Part shown: positions 21,401-30,614 of the stretch, in pieces
How the letters are laid out: every line of letters begins with the position of its first letter
Numbering within the stretch: the stretch's first letter is position 1
Position numbers and translations under genes: made by a program
Notes under the pieces: generated by a model
Told to the model about the DNA's origin: nothing
The model's input: the letters and a program-made list of their open reading frames with translations, nothing else
Database searches by the model: none
Source of the DNA: Bacteroidota bacterium
GTDB lineage: Bacteria > Eisenbacteria > RBG-16-71-46 > SZUA-252
Length of the DNA: 64,000 nt
Assembly: GCA_050257045.1 (NCBI GenBank)
Contig: JBLMWD010000126.1
Location: 71,258 to 135,257, forward strand
Reading direction: 5' to 3'

Positions 21401-23023
21401 GGCGAAGGAGTAGGCCACCGCACCGCCGCTCTGCAGCGAAGCGCTCACGTTGACCATGAACTGGGCCGAGCCGCCCACGTATTCGGCGGCGGCACGCCAT
21501 GACTCACCGTCGAGGAGTGGGTTTCCGGGCGCGCCCGAGATGAAGGCCGACGTGTCCCCGGGATACCCGTTGGTGACCTGGATGGCGAGCGGAGTCGTCA
21601 CGGTGGTCGTGCCATCCGTGACCGCGATCGTCGCGACGTAGTCGCCCCGATCCCCTGCGTGCGGGCGTATCCAGATGTAGGTCTCCGCCCAGCCCCAGGG
21701 GAAGAAGTAGGGTTCACCAACGGTGACGAACGCGGGTCCCGCTTGCATGAAGAACCGGAGCGTCTCGATGCCGTCGGGATCGGTCGCGTCCACCGTTCTC
21801 GATTCGAAGCCCCCCTCCGCCACCTCGACGGGGCTGATCGAGCTCGTGATCGCGGGCGCGTGCGCGGTTCCGGGCACGATCACCGAAAACGTCTTCTGAT
21901 CCATGAGGCTCGCGTCGGTAACGGACATCGTGACCGAGAAGATCCCGCCGACCGTGTCCGGAGGCGTCACCACCACCTTCGCCGACCCTGTGTCGAGCGG
22001 AAGCAGGGCGACCCAGGGGATCAGGGTGACCTTGTGGAATCCGAGCAGATCGCCGTCGGGGTCGTGGGCGGTGACGACCTGGGAGGCGGTATCCCCCGGG
22101 GCCACCGTCATGTCCGCGATGGGATCGAGCACGGGCGGCCGGTTGCCATTGTCGACGCGAATGTAGAGATTCTTCTCGTCGAAGCCGACCGGGTCGCTCG
22201 CGCGGATCGTGACGTTGGCCGACCCGGCGTCCGAGTAGCCAGGGGCGAGGCGCACGTGCCCCGTGCCGCCACCGGAATCGGTGAGCGTCATGTAGCTCGG
22301 CGCGCCGATGGCCGAGAACGTGATCGGCTCTCCTTCCGCATCGGTCGCATGCAGGTCCTGGTCGGCGACCTGTCCTTCGACCACGCCCATGGGCGAAGGC
22401 TGGGTCAGGACCGGGTTGTAGTTCGTCACGCCGGCGTAGGCGAGGCCATCCCAGTCCGACCAGTCGTTGCCGAGCTTCAGCGTGTTGTCCAGGTCGATGC
22501 CGTCGCAGCGGCATCCGAATGAAGTGATGGCGTACGGGTCGCTCTGCGTCGTCGGCAGGATGGCGATCGATGGCGTTCCGCCCGTCGGGGTGGCCGTGAC
22601 CGTCGCGAGTCGGTACGTTCCCGCGGGCAAGATCGTTCCCGACCCCCACCCATCCCAGAGCTCGAACGAGGTCGATCCGGACTCGAACCGGAGGGTGAAG
22701 GCGCTCATCCGGTTCGTGAGCGTCCAGCTCATGGAGCCGTTCGTGGCGCGCAGGATCACCGTGTACGAGTTGATCGTGAACGAGGCCGTCGTGTCCTGGG
22801 CGCAGACGGCGCGCGAGCCGTCCCGGTTCGTGTCGGTCTTCAGCCAGACGTCGAAGGTGACGGAGCCGGTCGTCGGAACCACGTCGGCGGCGGTGTGGAC
22901 GCCGTCACCGTCGGCGTCGAGATACATGTACTGGGCGGAGGAGGTGGAGGCGGTCCCTAGAACCGCGAGTGCGAGAGCAAGGGCGACGGCACGGCAAGAG
23001 CGGTAGCGACGTTCCATGCGCAC
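18455..23023 (-). CDS. Large secreted protein with Ig/cadherin-like repeats, PKD and a FlgD-Ig/T9SS-like C-terminal domain
   Basis: Signal peptide; N.PP...ATD.DGD repeats; WTFGDG PKD; C-terminal PNPINP..FDVRGRLVR..LASGLYFFR. Confidence 0.88.
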   Translation of the reverse strand: MRMERRYRSCRAVALALALAVLGTASTSSAQYMYLDADGDGVHTAADVVPTTGSVTFDVWLKTDTNRDGSRAVCAQDTTASFTINSYTVILRATNGSMSWTLTNRMSAFTLRFESGSTSFELWDGWGSGTILPAGTYRLATVTATPTGGTPSIAILPTTQSDPYAITSFGCRCDGIDLDNTLKLGNDWSDWDGLAYAGVTNYNPVLTQPSPMGVVEGQVADQDLHATDAEGEPITFSAIGAPSYMTLTDSGGGTGHVRLAPGYSDAGSANVTIRASDPVGFDEKNLYIRVDNGNRPPVLDPIADMTVAPGDTASQVVTAHDPDGDLLGFHKVTLIPWVALLPLDTGSAKVVVTPPDTVGGIFSVTMSVTDASLMDQKTFSVIVPGTAHAPAITSSISPVEVAEGGFESRTVDATDPDGIETLRFFMQAGPAFVTVGEPYFFPWGWAETYIWIRPHAGDRGDYVATIAVTDGTTTVTTPLAIQVTNGYPGDTSAFISGAPGNPLLDGESWRAAAEYVGGSAQFMVNVSASLQSGGAVAYSFAGGEPPQDIELLSRRDQRSNCATMHGGTVLFSPPTGDSLRVGSYTGATRDADGSHPGLDITVGCARAASVSGRFDVKELVVRYGFVQSLRITFQAYVNGSPAPITGEVRYKVRSLPVSVYAPARRLVGVGDDVSMTVSAADSSGRTVALTCDVPSGGVFRPSTYQPNTADFSWRPGFDQVGTTRVYFRGRNTAGDTASAFCDITVQPRNAVSAPLGANNVLLITSNRGAFGYDLRDSTAGLTTNFLGVGEPAASSAGLWIGALVDGQPRVAVGGRTPEFVPGPAPAGQAQPFDPRYKNYKLVRGGIDAIDWREWPITQGAPTEAGQPALAGDEMAWSVYNDADPTAHRAPNGRTAPLGVEVRQTTWAYSHVGPLANTVFVKYLIRNAGPHTLTNAYASIWVDPYAGRGTWNGIDSVVTFPFNDRVGCDSSRAMAYAYGSMNAPFPSPDVALGVSLLHGAVQHPGAPDSIPLGLASVRRLTAQPATAAGLYEVMQGLQENGTPLLDPAGQPARFEVTGDPVAHTGWLDTLSTSSRVFVLSTGPFTMAPGDSQTIVAALVANAGNDRLALVTDLRTSMDAIRSATPIANTPPVLDYQARTYTFNEGDDIAFSINGYDNERDRLAYTATELPTGATLTGEGAFSWKIGYDQAGTHLAHIIATDTFGAWDSTTIVFTIRDVNRAPVARSGGPYRGVAGTALEFDGSASSDPDGDPVMTTWTFGDGTTADGGHVLHTYAAPGLYTVVLLAMDRALDDRDTTTASIAAPIQVRAFVPSGGGLIRLASPAPKVEICLEIVSGVVSLPDLQSTSFALESHGTGSVSSILAIDTDASIGGDRDGNGIPELSLAFRKSDLRALFGGLPQGRTNVSAFLTGVAGKNTAVAAPVTLTIEASHEPLAVLLVPNPINPRGVLTFTTTRAGWARIALFDVRGRLVRRLFEAKTVAAGYHDVPIDGMDDGGRPLASGLYFFRIDAAEGTRSGRLTVLK

Positions 23024-23096
23024 CTGTCTTCCCTCCGGGCGCCGGCGCGCCGGGACGGGATACGACCGGACTTCTACGGAGCCGGGCGCGCGGTCG

Positions 23097-23507
23097 TCAC
23101 GACGCGCCCCGCTCCCGCCCCGCTTCGCCGCGCCGCATCAGGACGAACGCGATCAGCGCCACGACGAAGAAGACGAGAAGGGCCCAGGCCACCCCCTGCA
23201 GCACCTGGAGAATGGTGCGGTAGACCTCGAGCCCCATCGATTCGGCGTTCAGGACGAAGGGCGGCCGGCCGGCGCCCGCGGGTCCGGGCTCCGCGCGGAT
23301 GTATTGCTCGAGCTTCCAGATCTGGACGCCGGAGGAGACGCCCACGACGTAGATGGCGAAAAGGAGGAAGCGCTGCCAGGCGGAGGCGAGCTCGACGCCG
23401 ATGATGCGGTCGAGAATCTGGCGGATCGGGCGGCGGAAGAGGACGACGACGATCCCCGATGTCGCGAGCGCGACAACGAGCGTCACGAGCAAGAGAACGA
23501 GGAACAA
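23097..23507 (-). CDS. Hypothetical three-TM membrane protein
   Basis: Three hydrophobic segments; host-like codon usage; start uncertain. Confidence 0.7.
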   Translation of the reverse strand: MFLVLLLVTLVVALATSGIVVVLFRRPIRQILDRIIGVELASAWQRFLLFAIYVVGVSSGVQIWKLEQYIRAEPGPAGAGRPPFVLNAESMGLEVYRTILQVLQGVAWALLVFFVVALIAFVLMRRGEAGRERGAS

Positions 23508-23653
23508 CGTCGGATCCCCCCCGAGGGCCGGACAAGCTTCAACTCCATCTTACGCTCGCGGCGGGGTTTTCCGAGCCGGAATTCCCCCGCACGAATCGGA
23601 GTGCGTTAAGCTGCCTTTACGAATATAATTCATGGCATCGAAGGAGGTACCGA

Positions 23654-24169
23654 ATGATCGACGCCATCGATGCCGAAATCCTGTCGATTCTTCAGGAGAA
23701 CGCCCGCGCCTCGAACGTGGAGGTGGGCCGCCGCGTCGGTCTCGTCCCCTCGGCGGTCCTCGAGCGGATCCGGAAGCTCGAGCGCTCGGGCACGATCCGC
23801 GGGTACGAGCCGCGCCTGAACGCCGCCACGGTCGGCGTGCCGCTCCTCGCCTTCGTCTTCGTGCACGCGAACGAGAAGATCGGCAGCGTCGAGACCGGGA
23901 AGAAGATCGCGCGCTTCCCCGAAGTGCAGGAGGTGCATCAGGTCGCCGGCGAAGACTGCTACCTGGTCAAGGTGCGCGTCGCCGACACGGAGGCGCTGGG
24001 GCGCCTCCTCCGCGACTCCTTCGGGTCGCTCCCCGCGATCCGATCCACGCGCACGACGATCGTCCTCTCCTCGGTGAAGGAATCGGCGCAGTTGCCGCTC
24101 CCGGCAACGCGCCCGCGAGCGGCCCGGCCGCGGCCCGCGCCGGCGGCTCGGCCCCGGAGGGCTCCATGA
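23654..24169 (+). CDS. Lrp/AsnC family regulator
   Basis: IDAIDAEILSILQENAR HTH; VAGEDCYLVK; AAGGAGG SD; TATAAT at 23624-23629. Confidence 0.93.
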   Translation: MIDAIDAEILSILQENARASNVEVGRRVGLVPSAVLERIRKLERSGTIRGYEPRLNAATVGVPLLAFVFVHANEKIGSVETGKKIARFPEVQEVHQVAGEDCYLVKVRVADTEALGRLLRDSFGSLPAIRSTRTTIVLSSVKESAQLPLPATRPRAARPRPAPAARPRRAP

Positions 24170-25125
24170 CGGCCGCGACGCTCCGCTCCGAGCGCTTCCG
24201 GGTGGTCCTCGCCTTCGCGTGCGTCTACGTCATCTGGGGCAGCACGTACCTCGCGATCCGTTTCGCGGTCGAGACGATGCCTCCGCTCCTCATGGCGGGG
24301 ATCCGGTTCCTCATCGCGGGCGGGCTCCTGTACGGCTGGCTCGCGCTGCGCGGCGAGGCGCCGCGCCCGACCCGCGCGCAGTGGCGGTCCGCGGCAATTC
24401 TCGGAATCCTCCTCTTCGTGGTCGGAAACGGGGGCGTATCGTGGGCCGAGACGAGGGTCCCCTCCGGCCTCGCCGCGCTCCTCGTCGCGACCATCCCGTT
24501 CTGGATCGTGATCCTCGACTGGGCGCGCCGGGGCGGCACGCGCCCGGGCGCGCGCACGATCGTCGGGATCGGCGCCGGGTTCGCCGGCGTGCTCCTCCTC
24601 GTCGGCGCGCATGGCCCGGGCGGCGGGATCGACCACGCCGGGGCGGCCGTGCTCGTCGTGGCCCCGATCGGCTGGGCGCTCGGCTCGGTTCTCTCGCGCC
24701 GGCTTCCCCACCCCGCCTCGCACCTCCAGTCCGGAGCGATGCAGATGCTCGCGGGCGGGGTGGCGCTCTGCGTGGTCGGGCTCGCGATCGGCGAGGGACC
24801 GAAGCTCCACGCGGGAGCCCTTTCCGCGCGCTCGGTGCTCGCTCTCTTCTACCTCGTCTTCGCGGGATCGATCGTGGCGTTCAGCGCGTACAACTGGCTC
24901 CTCCACGCCTCGACCCCGGCGCGCGTCGGAACCTACGCCTTCGTGAATCCCGCGGTGGCGGTCCTCCTCGGCTGGGCGTTCGCGGGGGAGCCGGTCGGTC
25001 CGAACGTTCTCGTGGCGGGAGCGTTCATCCTCGCGGGGGTCGTCCTGATCGTCGTCGCGCGCGCGCGCCCTCGCGCGCCGGGCCGCGAGCCCGCGGGCGC
25101 CGCGGTCACCGCCGAGGCGAAATAA
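24166..25125 (+). CDS. EamA/DMT transporter (YedA-like)
   Basis: VYVIWGSTYLAIR, YAFVNPAVAVLLG; about 10 TM. Confidence 0.9.
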   Translation: MTAATLRSERFRVVLAFACVYVIWGSTYLAIRFAVETMPPLLMAGIRFLIAGGLLYGWLALRGEAPRPTRAQWRSAAILGILLFVVGNGGVSWAETRVPSGLAALLVATIPFWIVILDWARRGGTRPGARTIVGIGAGFAGVLLLVGAHGPGGGIDHAGAAVLVVAPIGWALGSVLSRRLPHPASHLQSGAMQMLAGGVALCVVGLAIGEGPKLHAGALSARSVLALFYLVFAGSIVAFSAYNWLLHASTPARVGTYAFVNPAVAVLLGWAFAGEPVGPNVLVAGAFILAGVVLIVVARARPRAPGREPAGAAVTAEAK

Positions 25126-25127
25126 GA

Positions 25128-25153
25128 GGGGGCGGACCCGAAAGTCCGCCCCC
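25128..25153. terminator. Hairpin between convergent genes
   Basis: GGGGGCGGAC-ccgaaa-GTCCGCCCCC; no U-tract. Confidence 0.6.
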
Positions 25154-25205
25154 GACGCGCGGCCGGCCCTTCAGTGCGCGGCCGCGCCGAAATCGATCGA
25201 TCCCG

Positions 25206-25976
25206 CTACTTCTTGTCCGAGCCTCCACCCGAAGCACCCGCATCGGGGGCCGCGGCCGGCGTGGCCGAGGACTTCGACTCGGTCTTCGCGAGCCCCTTCG
25301 CCTCCGCCTTGGCGGCGGCCGGGTTGCCGCGATGTACGACGGCCACCTTCCCGTCGGGCTTCTCGAGGCCCTTCGCCACCTTGGCCTCTTCCTTGGCGGC
25401 GCGGATGACGTCACCCAGCCGGAAGCCCATTCCGGTCGCGATCTGGCCCCACGACATCCCCTCGGCGCGCAGATCGAAGAGCTGCTTCGCGGTGAGGTTG
25501 TTGCCGTCGTTTGCGATGAGCGAGTGGGCGATCATGAGCTGCCCCCAGCTCGCCTTGAGATCGCCCTTCTCGGCGATGAGCGCGTCCGGCGTCGAGCCGA
25601 ACTCGCCGGCGAGCCGCTCGGCGATCTTCCGGTCGCCGTCGGTCGTGGCGTTCTTCTCGACGTCGCTGTTCACGCTTTCGAGGGCCGCGGTCATTTTCTG
25701 GTCCGCTTTCGGATCAGCCTTCTTGCCGACGTCGCGGATCGCGACGAGCGGGTCGGCGTTCGGCGTCGCGGCGTCGTTCCCCATCGCGGGCTGCGCGGCG
25801 GGGGCGGGCTGGACGGCCGGCGCGGGCGTGGCATCCGGCGCGGTCGCCGGCGGCGTGGCCTGCGGAGTGCTCTGCTGCTGCGACGGTTGCGGCGTGGCCG
25901 GATCCTGTGCCAGCGCCGGAGCCGCCGCGAGGGCGAGCGCGGAGAGGGTCGCGACGATTCCGATCAAGCGCTTCAT
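25206..25976 (-). CDS. Secreted hypothetical protein (Pro/Ala-rich linker, R..GMSWGQIA helical domain)
   Basis: AAGGAG SD; signal peptide ending ALA. Confidence 0.8.
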   Translation of the reverse strand: MKRLIGIVATLSALALAAAPALAQDPATPQPSQQQSTPQATPPATAPDATPAPAVQPAPAAQPAMGNDAATPNADPLVAIRDVGKKADPKADQKMTAALESVNSDVEKNATTDGDRKIAERLAGEFGSTPDALIAEKGDLKASWGQLMIAHSLIANDGNNLTAKQLFDLRAEGMSWGQIATGMGFRLGDVIRAAKEEAKVAKGLEKPDGKVAVVHRGNPAAAKAEAKGLAKTESKSSATPAAAPDAGASGGGSDKK

Positions 25977-26365
25977 GGGGACTCCTTCGTGGAAGGGCCG
26001 CGCGTCCCGAACGCGCAACGGAGACGCGGGACCCAGTGGCCTCCGCGGGAAAAAAAATTCGGCCAGGGTCCTCGCGCCCACACCCGGAGGTGGGGCGCGG
26101 AGGAGAAGCCGTGCTCGGGAGTCGTGTCACCCTGGCCGCCTCGATTCATCCCGGCGCCGTCATGGCGACGCCGAGGTGACCTACCATCATCAACGGACAT
26201 GCCAGCAGGAGGCGGAAGGAGCCGCAAAAAGAAAAGGGACGAACTGGGCGAAGCTTAGAGGCGCGGGCGCGCCGGCGCCGGTCGCGTTCGAGGCGCCGCC
26301 CTGTCCCGTTCCGGACAGGAGCGGCGCCTCACGGACAGCCGCGCGCTCGCAGGGGCGTGCCGGCG

Positions 26366-28372
26366 CTACTTGGCGATCGCGACCCGGCGCGTCGTGATGC
26401 CGTCCGGATCGGTGAGCCGGAAGAAGTAGATCCCGGAGGCCAGCGTGATGCCGCCCTCGCTCCGCGCCTCGAGCGTGAGCGTATGCGGTCCCGCGACGAG
26501 GGACGCGTGATCCAGGAGCGTCCGGACGAGCCGCCCGTGCACGTCGAAGAGATGGGCGCTCACCGGCCCTGCCCGTCGCGTCGAGAACCTGACCATCGCC
26601 TGTGGGTTGAACGGGTTGGGCGCGATCCTGAGCGGCTGCCACATCGCATCGGAGGCGTCGATCGAGATAGAGAGATCGGCGGTGAAGTACCCGCCGCCGT
26701 AGAAGCTGCCGCGGATCGTCGTCGCGACCGTGGTCGAAGGTTCCGCGCGGCCGAGGAGAAGCGCCAGCTCCTCGGGGCCAAAGGTGAACAGGACCTCCGC
26801 CACGCCGTTTCCATCCGTGTCGGGCACGACCTGCGCATCCTCGACCGAATAGATCTGTGCGACAGAACCGGTCCCCGCGGAGTGGAGCTCCATCGGCCAG
26901 GGGGCGACGTCCTGGAGGCGGAACGAGCCGTCGACCGGTTCGACGCGCACGGCCATGGGCGTGTTCTGCCCGATCATGTAGACCGCCTGACCCGTGGTGA
27001 AGGCCCGCGCGGGAAGCGACTCGGTGATGGTCGCGGTGGTCGTCGTGGAGCTCGACATCGCCCCGTCGCTCACCATGAGGCGGACGGAGTAGGCTCCGGG
27101 CGCCTCGTAACGGTGGGACACGACGGCGCCCACGCCGTTCGTGCGATCGCCGAAACCCCACGCATACTGCAGCGCGTCGCCGTCGGGATCGGAGGATCCC
27201 GTCCCGTTGAACTGCACGAGGCGACCCATGATTCCGGAGTAGGGTCCGCCGGCGACCGCGATCGGGGGATGTTCCACGGTGAGGATCGTGATGTCGCGGC
27301 TCTTGCGGTCGGTGAGCAGGCCGTTGTCCACGGTCAACGTCACGGTGAACGTCCCGGCCGACGCGTAGACGTGCTGCACCCTGGCGCCGCTCCCGTGCGT
27401 GCCGTCGCCGAAATCCCAGTCATAGTGGATGATCTGGGCGTCGGGGTCGTACGAGGCGTTCCCGTCGAAGGTGACGGCAACCCCGATGTAGCCCCGGTAC
27501 GGAGCCGTGAACTGGGCGATCGGGGCTGAGGGCGGCACCACGTGGACCGTCGTCGTGTCGGAGTCGGACGACACGGTGCTCGTCGCGGTGAGGAAGATCC
27601 GGTAGTCGCCTGGATTCGCATAGACGTGACTTGCCGTCACGCCCGCCCCCGTTCCTCCGTCACCGAAGTCCCACGCGTAGGCGAGCGGATCGCTCGTCGG
27701 GGACTGGGTTCTGCTCGCGTTCACCTGGAGCGGGCGTCCGGCCTGCACCAGATAGGGTCCGCCGGCGTCGGCGTGCACCGGGCCGATACCGTCCGCATCG
27801 TGCCAGTCGAGGCCGAGCTTGTACGTGTTGTCGCCGTCGGTCGCCATGCAACTCGTGCCGAATTGGGTGATCGCGACGGTCCGCGACGGCAGGAATGGCT
27901 CGATGAAGATCGAAGGCGCACCGGACGTCACCGTGACCGGGAGCGTCGCGAGCAGGTACCGGCCGGGCGGGAACTGGTCGATGGAGCCCCAACCATTGTG
28001 ATACCAATCCGCGCCGGTCGTATCCCCGTACGCGGCGAAGCAGACGGGGGTGGTCGCGGGATCACGGAATGGGAGCCGGTTCTGCATCGGTCCCCACTTC
28101 ACGTCGCCCCCCGCCGTGTGGAGCACGACCGTGTACGAGTTGACCGTGAGGCCGTTCCCCGAGTCGGAGACATCGCACGTGACCGGGGTCCCGTCCCGGT
28201 CGTGGTCGGTCACGAGCCAGATGTCGACGTTCGTCGTCCCCGATGGGGAAAGCCGATCGTCCGGGTCACGGATGCCGTTGCCGTTGGTGTCGAGGTAGAG
28301 GTACTGCGACTGTACGGGGACCGAGAGCAGGAGTACGAGGAGACCCAGGGGCACGAGCGCGCGAGAACGCAT
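26366..28372 (-). CDS. Secreted protein with three PKD domains and a FlgD-Ig/T9SS-like C-terminus
   Basis: WDFGDG x2 plus WGFGD; PNPFNP..LASGIYFFRL; N-terminal domain shared with 18455..23023. Confidence 0.88.
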   Translation of the reverse strand: MRSRALVPLGLLVLLLSVPVQSQYLYLDTNGNGIRDPDDRLSPSGTTNVDIWLVTDHDRDGTPVTCDVSDSGNGLTVNSYTVVLHTAGGDVKWGPMQNRLPFRDPATTPVCFAAYGDTTGADWYHNGWGSIDQFPPGRYLLATLPVTVTSGAPSIFIEPFLPSRTVAITQFGTSCMATDGDNTYKLGLDWHDADGIGPVHADAGGPYLVQAGRPLQVNASRTQSPTSDPLAYAWDFGDGGTGAGVTASHVYANPGDYRIFLTATSTVSSDSDTTTVHVVPPSAPIAQFTAPYRGYIGVAVTFDGNASYDPDAQIIHYDWDFGDGTHGSGARVQHVYASAGTFTVTLTVDNGLLTDRKSRDITILTVEHPPIAVAGGPYSGIMGRLVQFNGTGSSDPDGDALQYAWGFGDRTNGVGAVVSHRYEAPGAYSVRLMVSDGAMSSSTTTTATITESLPARAFTTGQAVYMIGQNTPMAVRVEPVDGSFRLQDVAPWPMELHSAGTGSVAQIYSVEDAQVVPDTDGNGVAEVLFTFGPEELALLLGRAEPSTTVATTIRGSFYGGGYFTADLSISIDASDAMWQPLRIAPNPFNPQAMVRFSTRRAGPVSAHLFDVHGRLVRTLLDHASLVAGPHTLTLEARSEGGITLASGIYFFRLTDPDGITTRRVAIAK

Positions 28373-28428
28373 GGTGGCCCACCTTCCTCCGCGCGGCGCC
28401 CGGCCTGCCGGCCGCGCGATTCAATGGG

Positions 28429-28457
28429 ACGGTAGGCCAGGCTCTGAAACCGGTCAA
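28429..28457 (-). promoter_or_regulatory. Putative sigma70 promoter
   Basis: TTGACC-N17-TACCGT upstream of the PKD gene. Confidence 0.45.
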
Positions 28458-28550
28458 CCCCGCAGTCGAGACTTTTTCGTCCCACCCGGGTCTCCGCGGC
28501 TCTGCTCTTTTCTAGGCCCCGGCTTCGCGGCTCTGCTATAGAAGGGCTAC

Positions 28551-29438
28551 GTGAACCGACTGACCGGGGCCCGCTTATCCGTCCTCGCGGCCGCGCTTCT
28601 CTTCTCTGGAGGCGGGGCCGGGATCAAGGCATGCGCCCTGACGAGCTGGCAGGTGGCGAGCTTCCGCTCGGGGATCGCCGCGGTCGCGGTCTGGCTCATG
28701 ATGCCCGAGGCGCGCCGCGGCTTCAGCCGCCCGGTCTGGCTCGTGTCGCTCGCCTACGCCGCCACGGTGCTCCTCTTCGTCCTCGCCAACAAGCTGACCA
28801 CGTCGGCGAACACGATCTTCCTCCAGTCGACGGCGCCGCTCTACATCCTGCTCCTGGCGCCGGCGCTCCTGCGCGAGAAGACGCGTCCGTTCGACATCCT
28901 GGTCGTGGGGCTGCTCGCCGTGGGTCTTTCTTTCTTCTTCATCGGGGCCGAGCCCCCGGTGAAGACGGCGCCGAATCCAGTCGCGGGGAACATCCTTGCC
29001 GCGATCGCCGGCATCACGTGGGCTCTCACGGTCATGGGGCTCCGGTGGATCGGACGGGCCGCAGGATCATCCGGTTCGGTTTCGGCGGTGGTGGTCGCCG
29101 GCAATGCGATCGCGTTCCTCACGGCGCTCCCCTTCGCCCTTCCGGTCGCGGCTGCGCGCCCGCTCGACTGGGCGATCGTGGGTGGGCTCGGAGTGGTGCA
29201 GATCGGGGTGGCCTACGTCTTCCTGACGCGCGCGCTGCAGCACGTCCCGGCGCTCGAAGCCTCGGTGCTCCTTCTCCTCGAGCCGGCGCTGAATCCGCTC
29301 TGGGCGTGGATCGTCCACGGGGAGCGGCCCGGCCCGTGGGAGAACGCGGGCGGGCTGCTCATCCTGGGCACGACCGTGCTCAAGACGTGGCTCGACTCGC
29401 GGGCCGACCGTCCCCGTAGCGAAGCACGAGCACCGTGA
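28551..29438 (+). CDS. EamA/DMT transporter
   Basis: ANKLTTSANTIFLQSTAP, LLEPALNPLW. Confidence 0.88.
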   Translation: MNRLTGARLSVLAAALLFSGGGAGIKACALTSWQVASFRSGIAAVAVWLMMPEARRGFSRPVWLVSLAYAATVLLFVLANKLTTSANTIFLQSTAPLYILLLAPALLREKTRPFDILVVGLLAVGLSFFFIGAEPPVKTAPNPVAGNILAAIAGITWALTVMGLRWIGRAAGSSGSVSAVVVAGNAIAFLTALPFALPVAAARPLDWAIVGGLGVVQIGVAYVFLTRALQHVPALEASVLLLLEPALNPLWAWIVHGERPGPWENAGGLLILGTTVLKTWLDSRADRPRSEARAP

Positions 29439-30603
29439 CGTCGTCAGCCTGCGAATGCCCCGCGACGAAGCCGCGCACCGCTTCGAGCACTCCGTCGAGA
29501 ATCGCGGACGGCGGAGCCGTCCGAACGGCTTCGAGGCACGCGAGCAGCCGCTCCTCGCCGAACTGCTCGCCGGTCGGCGACTCGGCGTCGGTCACGCCGT
29601 CGCTGGTGAGGACGAGGGTGTCCCCGGACAAGAGTCGCGTCTCCTCCTCGTCGTAGGCGGCGAAGTCGAAAGCCCCGGCCATGAGCCCGCCGGCGTCGAG
29701 GCGGGCCAGCGCGCCGTCGGCGCGGAGGAGATACCCCGAGTTGTGCCCGGCGTTGCAGGTGACGAGCCGCCCCTCCCGGTCGAGGCACCCGTAGAAGAGG
29801 GTGACGAATCGCGCCTCGATCGCGCGACGGAGGAGCGCCCGGTTCAGGCGGTCGATCGTCGTGGAAGGGGGCACGCCGGCGCCCACGCTCGACGCGAGGA
29901 TCCCCTGCGCCATCGCGGCAAGGATCGCGGCGGGCGGACCTTTTCCGGCCACGTCGCCCAGCGCGAAGCCGAGCCGCCCCTCCCCCAGCTCGAACGTGTC
30001 GAAGAAGTCCCCACCGATGGTCCGGCAGGGGATCGAGGCACCCACCGCCACGAGACCGTCCCCTTCGTACGCGCGCGGCGGCAGGAGGGCCTGCTGGATC
30101 GCGGCGGCCGTACGGAGCTCCTGCTCCTCGCGCCCGCGGCGCTCCGCATCGGCCACGATCCTCCCGACGTAGCGGCGCTGGATGACGAATGCGTAGGCGG
30201 CCGCGAGGAACCCCGCACCGAGCAACATGGACCAGAGGAGGATCTGGAGGACAACGCGCGCGGAGCGGAGCAGCCCGGGGACGATGGTGAAGTGGAGGAC
30301 GACTGCGGCGAGGAGGCTTCCGAACAGGCTCGTGACGAAGTAGCTCACGACCTCCCGGATGAGAGCCGGGCCCCGGTCGGTCTCCTGGCCGCGGGAGAGG
30401 TGGGGCCGGATCCATCGGGTGTTGGCCTCGATGCACGCGGCGATGATGTAGGAGAAGACGAAGCAGGTGACGAGGTATCCGCCGAGGGCGCCGGGCTTCA
30501 TGCCGGTCTGGAAGTAGAAGAAGAGGGCGAGCGGGAGGGCGATCAGCCCGGGACGCAGAAGGAGCGTCCAGACCACGCTGCTGCGGAAGGATCGCGCCGG
30601 CAT
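29380..30603 (-). CDS. Membrane-bound PP2C/SpoIIE phosphatase
   Basis: Four TM; AAAIQQALLP, GGDFFD, GDVAGKG, NAGH, SDGVTD, DDVT. Confidence 0.9.
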   Translation of the reverse strand: MPARSFRSSVVWTLLLRPGLIALPLALFFYFQTGMKPGALGGYLVTCFVFSYIIAACIEANTRWIRPHLSRGQETDRGPALIREVVSYFVTSLFGSLLAAVVLHFTIVPGLLRSARVVLQILLWSMLLGAGFLAAAYAFVIQRRYVGRIVADAERRGREEQELRTAAAIQQALLPPRAYEGDGLVAVGASIPCRTIGGDFFDTFELGEGRLGFALGDVAGKGPPAAILAAMAQGILASSVGAGVPPSTTIDRLNRALLRRAIEARFVTLFYGCLDREGRLVTCNAGHNSGYLLRADGALARLDAGGLMAGAFDFAAYDEEETRLLSGDTLVLTSDGVTDAESPTGEQFGEERLLACLEAVRTAPPSAILDGVLEAVRGFVAGHSQADDVTVLVLRYGDGRPASRATS

Positions 30604-30614
30604 GGCCGGCGATC

